From Atopobium sp. (lineage in GTDB: Bacteria > Actinomycetota > Coriobacteriia > Coriobacteriales > Atopobiaceae): DNA of 53,330 nucleotides. The notes below the pieces were generated by a model. It did no database searches, was not told the DNA's origin, and saw nothing but the letters and a program-made list of their open reading frames with translations. Where the stretch lies: positions 1 to 53,330 of the forward strand of contig JAHACE010000001.1 of NCBI GenBank assembly GCA_018376005.1. The letters run 5' to 3'. Both the position numbers and the translations under genes were made by a program. The stretch's first letter is position 1. The number at the start of each line of letters is the position of its first letter. Of this stretch, positions 9,630 through 17,188 are shown one piece after another.

Positions 9630-11231
9630 TTAGCTAGCAGTAACTGTGTTGACATCAATGAAGGACAGACCGGTAGTTCCGATGCCCTTGAAGCCCTTGA
9701 GAGCAACGCCGTTGCTGTTTGGCTTCTCGCTCCAAGAAGCGGTGAAAGTCTTAGCAAAGAGAACTGGGTACAGAGGTACGTTCTCAGCGATGATGTCGAA
9801 GCACTCGTTCCAAGTGGACTGCTGATCAGCACCAGACTGGCCAAGAGCCTTGGTCATAAGATTGTGGAGCTTGGTCCACTCATCAGACTCCTTCCATGGG
9901 CAACGCTTGGTCATCCAGACGTTATCGCCATACCACCAGTTAAGCAGCAGGTCAACGTCTGCACCGAAGCAGGAAGGATCGCCAGGGGCAAGCAGGATAT
10001 CCCAAGAACCGTCAACTGCGTCGATTGCAGCATAGGTTGCAGGAGAAGTATCGGAAACGATGCTTACATTAAAGCCAAGTGCATCAAGGTCGTTCTTGAC
10101 CTGAGTTGCCATGGACTTAACCTGCTCGTTATCGGTGGTGCGGAGAACAACATCACCTGGGGTAATACCGGACTCAGAAATGAGCTTCTTAGCCTTATCT
10201 ACATCGTGTGCATAGACAGTAGATGCCTTGTGATAGTTAGCAAAGGAAGAAGGAAGGTAGCTGGTAGCAACCTCTGCCTGACCAGAGAATGCGTTTGCAA
10301 GCATCTTATCTGTATCAAGTGCATAGAGGCATGCCTGGCGAACCTTAACGTTGTCCCAAGGAGCCTTGCCAAGGTTGAACATTGCAAAACGGACACCAAA
10401 GCCCTGAACAGCGTCAACGGTGCAGCCTGCGCCCTTGAGCTGGTCTACAGCGTCTGCAGGGACCATTTCCATAGCAAGGGTGGTTCCATCCTGCTGAGCA
10501 GTCAGACGAGCGGTTGGATCCTTAAGAACGTCATAGTGGAGCTTATCGTCCTTAGCAGGAGTTGCGCCGTTGTAGTTTTTGTTAGGAACAAGGTCAAGAG
10601 TATTGTCAGAGATGGACTCAAACTGCCATGGACCAGAACCAACTGGCTGCTTCTTCATCTCATCCTGAGAGCTGCTTGCTGGAACAACGCGAACAATGGA
10701 CAGACGCTCCTTGAGGAGGGAGAAGTTAGCAATAGTGGTCTTAACGGTGACAGTCTTGTCATCCTTCTTCTCTACGGAAGCAATTGGAGCAAGCATTGGA
10801 ACGTAAACGCTACCCTTTGCAGAAGAACGGTTGAAGGACTCAACAACGTCATCTGCCTTTACCTCGTTACCATCAGAGAACTTTGCGCCGTCACGGATGG
10901 TAATCTCAAAGGTGTTATCGTCTACCTTCTTAGGATCAGCAGTAGCAAGCTCATTGAATGTTGAGTAGTCATGGAAGTTAAGACCGTAGAGGCCCTCAAC
11001 TACCTGCCAGTTAACACCAAGAGCAAGTGCTGATGAAGTAGTAGATGGATCATAGTTCTGGGTTGAATAAGCGGTACCAGCAGTAATTGTGCCGCCGCCT
11101 TCCTTTCCAGATGGAGCTTCAGCTGCCTTCTGCTGTCCGCCACCGCAAGCGGTGAGGCCAAGGCCAGCTGCTACAGTTGCTCCGCCAAGGAAGCCGCGAC
11201 GCGAAAGTGGACGGTTAATAAACTCGCTCAT
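9630..11231 (-). CDS. Family 5 ABC substrate-binding lipoprotein, probable sialic-acid-binding protein
   Basis: SRRGFL twin-Arg-like leader, LTAC lipobox, KFSDG motif; heads the nan cluster. Confidence 0.88.
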   Translation of the reverse strand: MSEFINRPLSRRGFLGGATVAAGLGLTACGGGQQKAAEAPSGKEGGGTITAGTAYSTQNYDPSTTSSALALGVNWQVVEGLYGLNFHDYSTFNELATADPKKVDDNTFEITIRDGAKFSDGNEVKADDVVESFNRSSAKGSVYVPMLAPIASVEKKDDKTVTVKTTIANFSLLKERLSIVRVVPASSSQDEMKKQPVGSGPWQFESISDNTLDLVPNKNYNGATPAKDDKLHYDVLKDPTARLTAQQDGTTLAMEMVPADAVDQLKGAGCTVDAVQGFGVRFAMFNLGKAPWDNVKVRQACLYALDTDKMLANAFSGQAEVATSYLPSSFANYHKASTVYAHDVDKAKKLISESGITPGDVVLRTTDNEQVKSMATQVKNDLDALGFNVSIVSDTSPATYAAIDAVDGSWDILLAPGDPSCFGADVDLLLNWWYGDNVWMTKRCPWKESDEWTKLHNLMTKALGQSGADQQSTWNECFDIIAENVPLYPVLFAKTFTASWSEKPNSNGVALKGFKGIGTTGLSFIDVNTVTAS

Positions 11232-11257
11232 TTCTGCCTCTTTCTAAAAACTCTCCT

Positions 11258-11310
11258 TGCCACAACGTGGCACCAATGCCACTTGTGTGGCTTACATCTA
11301 CATAACTATA
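11258..11310 (-). promoter_or_regulatory. Putative nan operon promoter (-10 TATAGT) with tandem TGCCAC-N3/4-GTGGC palindromes
   Basis: Palindromes at 11258-11272 and 11277-11291; -10-like hexamer at 11310-11305. Confidence 0.4.
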
Positions 11311-11439
11311 TGAAGAAAAGATATTTGTTCTGAAGACAGTTCGCCCAACGGTATTAATTTCTCGCTCATTGGCTGCTCAAAATATGAAAACGTGTTTTGT
11401 TGTATTATTTACTGCATATAAATCTTAATAGCAGCTAAG

Positions 11440-11462
11440 AAGGCCCGCAGTTAGCGGGCTTT
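11440..11462. terminator. Intrinsic terminator-like hairpin
   Basis: AAGGCCCGC-AGTTA-GCGGGCTTT. Confidence 0.45.
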
Positions 11463-11594
11463 ACTATTATTTTACCTTGTATAATATATAAATTATTTAA
11501 CTAACTACATAAATAGTAATCATTGTCAACTACCGTTTACCGATGATTTACTACCGTTTGCCTTTAGAAATTACGGATATGTTGTGAAGATTAA

Positions 11595-11627
11595 ACAAGA
11601 GTCAGTCCAAAATGAACTGACTCTTGT
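11595..11627 (-). terminator. Terminator of the 11654-12301 gene
   Basis: ACAAGAGTCAGT-9nt-ACTGACTCTTGT. Confidence 0.55.
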
Positions 11628-11653
11628 CTTAGAACAGCAAAAACTCCGCAAAA

Positions 11654-12301
11654 TTACTTAACTAAATCTACAACACGCTCAGGGTTCGCCATAAAATCTA
11701 GATGTTCTTCCCCTAAATGAGATTCGATTATCTCTGATACTTGTTCGTCATTTTTTTCAATGTCAAAATTTCCATCTGCTGGGCTATAACGTCCTAAATA
11801 GCCATCAGCTAGATAAGGTGGCGGCCATCCACTTAACCCTACGCCACAAAAATTTCTAACTAGGCATCTATAATTTCTATTATGCATTTCTTGTAGCAGT
11901 CCAGCGTTCCTTGTTTGAATCCACATTTTTGGAGTTCCAAAATAAGACCCAATGGCAAATAGCCCTAAATCTTGCTCAACTGTTCCAACAACCTTTTCTT
12001 GAGAGCTTATTACCCAATATAAATCTATATTCAATAAAAGTTGGTTAGCCTGACTGACTCCTAAAAATGGCCCAGAGATAGTAGCGGTCTCTAAGTCAAT
12101 ATTTTCTGCGGATCCAAAATCAGACTTAAGACCATTTCTCTTATTCTCATATTGTTGCACAACATACTGAGCTGCCTGCTTTTTTAATTCTGGCAGCCTC
12201 ATAGTATTCAGCTTAAAAAACCAATTATTTATTAGCAAACCACAAACAACAAGAACTACTAATAATGACAGATCTTTTACAAACCTTTTTCTACGCTTCA
12301 T
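11654..12301 (-). CDS. Hypothetical membrane-anchored/exported protein, AT-rich
   Basis: 215 aa ORF, GAGGTG RBS, basic N-terminus plus one hydrophobic helix; no family recognised. Confidence 0.7.
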   Translation of the reverse strand: MKRRKRFVKDLSLLVVLVVCGLLINNWFFKLNTMRLPELKKQAAQYVVQQYENKRNGLKSDFGSAENIDLETATISGPFLGVSQANQLLLNIDLYWVISSQEKVVGTVEQDLGLFAIGSYFGTPKMWIQTRNAGLLQEMHNRNYRCLVRNFCGVGLSGWPPPYLADGYLGRYSPADGNFDIEKNDEQVSEIIESHLGEEHLDFMANPERVVDLVK

Positions 12302-12434
12302 CTGCTGTCACCTCATTAGAACTGCTTGTAGCAACTGAAGTAAAAGTAATAACTAGGTAGCTCTAATAATATTCTGTTCGAGTATGCTTTAACAGCTAAT
12401 CTGTCGGCCAATGGCTATATTTCAGCGTTGAATG

Positions 12435-12481
12435 AAAAAATAAGAATGGCATAACAACACTTCATAGCTGCCATTCTTATT
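12435..12481 (-). terminator. Terminator of the uvrA-uvrC operon
   Basis: AATAAGAATGGCA...TGCCATTCTTATT followed by a T run on the minus strand. Confidence 0.6.
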
Positions 12482-12509
12482 ACAAATAACTCAATTGTTT
12501 GATTTGGTT

Positions 12510-12743
12510 TTAGAGATTGTGCTTCTTCATCCTTTGCTCAAAGAGCTCGTTGATAATCTTTGCCATCTCTTCAACTTGTTGAGCACTGGGTTCATCCTCA
12601 AATGCAGCGTAAAGCTCTGGATACTCCTGAGCAATATACTCACAAGACTTTCCCGTTGCGTGACCACGAACAAAGAACGGAATACGCTTAATGTATTCTG
12701 GATTCACGAGTGCCAAGATCTTCTCGTCCGCTGTTTTACTCAT
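12510..12743 (-). CDS. Small hypothetical protein (77 aa) coupled to uvrC
   Basis: ATG at 12743 overlaps the uvrC stop (ATGAGTAA); GGAGG RBS lies inside the uvrC end. Confidence 0.75.
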   Translation of the reverse strand: MSKTADEKILALVNPEYIKRIPFFVRGHATGKSCEYIAQEYPELYAAFEDEPSAQQVEEMAKIINELFEQRMKKHNL

Positions 12744-14793
12744 GAGTTCCTCCCCTTGCATCTACCTTCTCATGTACAGCTGTTGAGGATTCTTCCCAAG
12801 CTTTGAGTTCTTCATAAATAGTTTCTGCTAAGTTCACAGAAACACCTTTTACCTGAGAGATGTCCTCAACACTTGCAGCCTTTAAGCGCTTAAAAGAGCC
12901 AAAATGGCGCATGATATCTTTTTTGCGTTTAGGTCCTACACCAGGGATTTCGTCCAGAATAGAGACGGTCATTGCCTTATCTCTAAGCTCACGATGGAAC
13001 GTAATTGCAAAACGGTGAGACTCATCACGGACTTGCTTGATGAGATACAGAGAAGCTGACCCCGTAGGCAACACAATTGGTGTGTCGTCCCAAGGTACAA
13101 AGACTTCCTCATCAGACTTAGCAAGGCCACAGACGGGAATATCCAACCCCAGCTCATTAAGCTGATTAATTGCGGCGGTCAGCTGAGGTTTGCCGCCATC
13201 AACCACCAGCAAATCAGGTCGTGAGCCAAAGCGCTCATCTGCCATGCGTTCCGGGCTATACCTTCTGCCCAGGACCTCTGTCATTGAGACAAAGTCGTTT
13301 GCTTCATCAAGCTCAGCGCGGATCTTAAAGCGTCGATACTGACTCTTATCAGCCTTTCCGTTAGTAAAGACCACCATAGATGCAACAGTAAAGTTGCCAT
13401 GAAGCGTAGAGATATCAAAGCACTCAATGCGCAGTGGCGGCGCGTCAAGCGCAAGTGCGCTTTCCAGCTGAAGAAGTGCCTGGTTAGTGCGATCGTCAGC
13501 ATAGCCCGTGCGAATCATGTGGCGCATTAATGCATGACGAGCGTTAGCGGAAGCCATCTGAAGAAGACGGAACTTCTCGCCACGTTGTGGGTGGTGAAGC
13601 ACGCAGTTGTGGCCTCGTTTTTGCGTCAGCCACTCGGACAAAACCTCTGCGTCGAGAAGATCGATGGGCAAGTTAACCTCTGCGGGAATGTCAGCGGTTT
13701 CGTCGTAGTAGCGCTTTAGGAAGCCCGAAACCAGCTCTTCCTCGGAAACGTCCAAGCCTTTGTCCAGGATAAACTCAACTGAGCGGATGGTACGACCTTC
13801 TCGCACAACAAAAACGCAGGCAGCGGAGATAGTTTCTTCTCGATAAATGCCAATGAGGTCAATGTTGACCGAGGTAGGAAATGTGACTTGCTGGCGGTCG
13901 TCAAGATCAGAAAGTGAAGTCAGGCGGGACTTAAGCCTAGCTGCCTTCTCAAAATCCAGGTCAGCGGCGGCTTCTTGCATCTGATCTTTGAGCTCAGAGA
14001 CAATCTCGGAACGATTTCCGCGGAGAAAGTTTTCTACCTGCCTGACGTTCTTTGCGTAGGAAACGGTATCAATGGCGCCAACGCACACGCCAGGTCCCTT
14101 GCCTACGTGGTAATCAAAGCAGGGACGTCCCTTCTTTGCCAGCAGCAAGTTAGCAACAGCCGCCCCATCAGGGTCTTTTTCGAGCAAACGCTTAGCACGC
14201 TTCCACTCCACGCACGTAGCGGAGCAGATAGGCACTACTTTTCTGAGCGTCTCAATGGTCTGGCGAGCGGCGTAAGAATCAGTGTAGGGACCAAAATAGC
14301 GCGTACCCTTCTTGTGTTTCTCGCGCGTGTATTTAATTGCTGGGAAGGTATCTGACTCGGTAATGGCAATGTAGGGATAGCTCTTATCGTCTTTGAAGTC
14401 CACGTTGAAGTAAGGACGATACTGAGCAATGAGGTTGCGCTCCAGCACCAGTGCTTCGTGCTCGTTTTCTACCACAATGTAGTCAAAACTACGCACGACC
14501 TGCATCATCAGTGGAATCTTGGCTCGATCATCTTGAAGTGTGACGTACTGCCTCATGCGAGCACGCAGGTTCTTAGCTTTTCCTACATAGATAACCTTGC
14601 CAGACCCATCTTTCCAGAGGTAACAGCCTGGATCAGTTGGCACCTGATCAACCTGCTCTCTGATGGATACCAGATCATCTGAAGGCTCGGAAGAAAATGA
14701 CGGCGCAAGTCCCGGCGCCCCCGAAGGCACGTAGTTGGGATCAAGGTTGTTCTGAGAGCTATCTTTGCCGTTTTTTGCGCCGCTTCTGGCCAT
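12736..14793 (-). CDS. uvrC: Excinuclease ABC subunit C
   Basis: GIY-YIG (YVGKAKNLR), RIECFDIS, VDGGKPQ, RDESHRFA, HhH. Confidence 0.97.
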   Translation of the reverse strand: MARSGAKNGKDSSQNNLDPNYVPSGAPGLAPSFSSEPSDDLVSIREQVDQVPTDPGCYLWKDGSGKVIYVGKAKNLRARMRQYVTLQDDRAKIPLMMQVVRSFDYIVVENEHEALVLERNLIAQYRPYFNVDFKDDKSYPYIAITESDTFPAIKYTREKHKKGTRYFGPYTDSYAARQTIETLRKVVPICSATCVEWKRAKRLLEKDPDGAAVANLLLAKKGRPCFDYHVGKGPGVCVGAIDTVSYAKNVRQVENFLRGNRSEIVSELKDQMQEAAADLDFEKAARLKSRLTSLSDLDDRQQVTFPTSVNIDLIGIYREETISAACVFVVREGRTIRSVEFILDKGLDVSEEELVSGFLKRYYDETADIPAEVNLPIDLLDAEVLSEWLTQKRGHNCVLHHPQRGEKFRLLQMASANARHALMRHMIRTGYADDRTNQALLQLESALALDAPPLRIECFDISTLHGNFTVASMVVFTNGKADKSQYRRFKIRAELDEANDFVSMTEVLGRRYSPERMADERFGSRPDLLVVDGGKPQLTAAINQLNELGLDIPVCGLAKSDEEVFVPWDDTPIVLPTGSASLYLIKQVRDESHRFAITFHRELRDKAMTVSILDEIPGVGPKRKKDIMRHFGSFKRLKAASVEDISQVKGVSVNLAETIYEELKAWEESSTAVHEKVDARGGTHE

Positions 14794-14794
14794 G

Positions 14795-16678
14795 CTATGA
14801 CCTCACGCGAGAAACCAGTGAACGAAGCATGGCGGACTCTGGTGATTTAAAGAGGATTGCCAAGCCATAGGTAACCAAAACAGCTGGAATACCTGCAAAG
14901 ATGCAGTACAGCACGCCATAGAGCGCTCGGCCGTCTGGTACGCCAATAACGGCGCGCAGGCCCACCATGATAAGAAGTGCTGCAGCCGATCCTGCCAGGC
15001 CAAAAAGAATTGAACGAACAAATGCAAACACCATGGACTTAAGTCCAATCTGACCAAGGTGCTTACGCAGGCTGATCAACATAATGGTATCGATAACCAC
15101 ATAGAAGATGGCTGAAGTAGCTGCTACAAACATCATGCCAAAGTGAGAAGTACCCACCAGCAGCACTAAAACCTGCACGACAGAGCCAAGCGTTGCAGAA
15201 ACAGCGTAGAGCGTCATACGACGCATAGCAGAGCAGACTTTTTGCAGGTACATGCCAATGCCATACAAAGGCAAAGCAAGCGACTGGCCAATCAAGAATT
15301 GCTGGGTTAACAGCAGTTGGTCTTCAGTGAACTTGCTTGCTCCAATAATAGAAACAAGAGGCATCGAGAAGATCATCAAGTACATCATGAACGGCACGGT
15401 AAAGAAAAGAATCTGGTTGATACCGTGCTTGAAGTCCTTCTTGAACTGGTCCATATTCTCTTTTGCCCAGCTATCGGACAGCTCGGTAAAGAGGGCTGTG
15501 GTAATAGGCACCGTCAAAATGGAATATGGCAGCGTGTACCAAAGACGAGCGTACGCCGCAACGGAAGCGCCCGATGCAGAAACACTGAGCTGCGAGCTTG
15601 TCTGCACCGACATAGTTACAAACGTGGCAACCACAACAATCAGAGCAGGCGCGCCAATCTTGAGCGTCTCTTTAAGTGCGGGGTCTTTGAGGTTAATTCT
15701 CCACGAGAGCTTAATCCCCTTGCGCTTAAGTGACGGTACCTGAATCAGAACCTGAATCAAAACGCCCAGGGGATTCCCCAGTGCAAGAATAAGAAGGCCC
15801 AGCTCAGGGTTTGTGTTAACCAAGAAAGCATACGCAAAGAACGATGCCGTAGTCACAAAGTTATTAAAGATAGGGGCTGCGGCTGGCCAGAGGTAGTCTC
15901 TTTCTGCATTCAAAACACCAGAGAAAATGGTGGAGAAACAATACAGCATAACCTCAATAACAAAGAACCTAAAGAAGTACACTGCCAGCGTTGGGTCAAA
16001 ATCAGCACCTGCCGAGAAGGACTGTGTATACACCACTTCTGCAGCAAAGAAGAAACCTAGAACAGCAACAAGTCCAGTTGCAACAACAACAATGGAAAGC
16101 AGGTTTGAGGTGTAAGCATTTGCCTCATCCTGTCCAACTTTTTTCTTAATAGAGAGATATACCGGCAAGAAAGCTGTGGTGAGCATTCCCGCACCAACAA
16201 GCTCATAGAGCTGGTCAGGAAGGGTGTTTGCAATGGAATAGCAGCTTGCAAGAACGGTTGCGCCCATAGCAAACGCCTGAGCCCAGGTTCTTAAAAAGCC
16301 CGTAATACGGCTAATCAGAACAAGCACGCTCATCATAGAGGTAGAACGGCTTAAGTCTTTTTGCTTGGACGCATCCTCTTCATCAGAAGAAGTCTCTTCA
16401 CTATAAGAATTACCTGCGTCGAAGTTACCGTCTGACACAGGGCTGTTATCTGCCTCAGAGTTATCCTCTTCAGCAGCAACTTCTTCGAGTTTCTGACTTA
16501 CAATCTGCTCAAAGACTTCATCCTCAATTGGTTGATGAAACGTCTCTGGAACAACAATGTTATCCACTACAGGAGGCTCATCAAAGGTCTGATCAAGAGC
16601 TTTGCTCAGAGTTTCTTCAGATAAGGTTCCATCAGAAGACTCTGCTGAAAGTCGCATATGTTTGGGCTGATATGCCAC
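14795..16678 (-). CDS. murJ: Lipid II flippase MurJ/MviN with acidic N-terminal extension
   Basis: SRITGFLR, ANTLPDQLYEL, FLPVY, multiple TM helices. Confidence 0.85.
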   Translation of the reverse strand: MAYQPKHMRLSAESSDGTLSEETLSKALDQTFDEPPVVDNIVVPETFHQPIEDEVFEQIVSQKLEEVAAEEDNSEADNSPVSDGNFDAGNSYSEETSSDEEDASKQKDLSRSTSMMSVLVLISRITGFLRTWAQAFAMGATVLASCYSIANTLPDQLYELVGAGMLTTAFLPVYLSIKKKVGQDEANAYTSNLLSIVVVATGLVAVLGFFFAAEVVYTQSFSAGADFDPTLAVYFFRFFVIEVMLYCFSTIFSGVLNAERDYLWPAAAPIFNNFVTTASFFAYAFLVNTNPELGLLILALGNPLGVLIQVLIQVPSLKRKGIKLSWRINLKDPALKETLKIGAPALIVVVATFVTMSVQTSSQLSVSASGASVAAYARLWYTLPYSILTVPITTALFTELSDSWAKENMDQFKKDFKHGINQILFFTVPFMMYLMIFSMPLVSIIGASKFTEDQLLLTQQFLIGQSLALPLYGIGMYLQKVCSAMRRMTLYAVSATLGSVVQVLVLLVGTSHFGMMFVAATSAIFYVVIDTIMLISLRKHLGQIGLKSMVFAFVRSILFGLAGSAAALLIMVGLRAVIGVPDGRALYGVLYCIFAGIPAVLVTYGLAILFKSPESAMLRSLVSRVRS

Positions 16679-17187
16679 TAGTGCACCTCGCGAACAATAT
16701 CTGCAAACGTAGCCGATACAAATGAAGCCAAATCTTCTGGAGAAAGCGTTAAACTGAGTCCGCGTTTTCCACCAGAGATATGGATGAGCTCAAAAAGCTG
16801 AGCAGTCTCGTCAATTATAGTGGGAAACTGCTTTTTCATACCAACGGGAGTGCAGCCACCACGAACATAACCTGTTAAACCCTCAAGCTCTTTAACAGGC
16901 AGCATGGAAAGGTTCTTTTGGCCAGACGCGGCTGCTGCTTTCTTAAGATCGAGCTCTTGATCTACAGGAATACAACACACCACATGCTCACCACTTGAAG
17001 ACACGCAGACAAGCGTTTTGAACGCAGCGTCTGGATCTTCTCCAAGCATCTCTGCAATATGAGTTCCCAACTCACCAGAAGGAACGTCTTCGTCCACCTC
17101 GTAAGATTGGAACTCGTAAGTAATGCCGGCAGCATCAAGCTCCCTCATGGCATTTGTCTTTTGAACCTTTGCTGTTTTTCTCGCCAT
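16678..17187 (-). CDS. ybaK: Cys-tRNA(Pro) deacylase
   Basis: KTNAMR, FKTLV, TGYVRGGCTPVG, SGGKRG. Confidence 0.92.
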   Translation of the reverse strand: MARKTAKVQKTNAMRELDAAGITYEFQSYEVDEDVPSGELGTHIAEMLGEDPDAAFKTLVCVSSSGEHVVCCIPVDQELDLKKAAAASGQKNLSMLPVKELEGLTGYVRGGCTPVGMKKQFPTIIDETAQLFELIHISGGKRGLSLTLSPEDLASFVSATFADIVREVH

Positions 17188-17188
17188 A

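Noticed and set aside
9864..10964. 366-aa plus-strand ORF antisense to the binding-protein gene
   Set aside because: Same shadow effect; this also applies to the other nested or antisense ORFs in the track
11525..11562. Repeated CTACCGTTT
   Set aside because: Only two short copies; not CRISPR- or iteron-like
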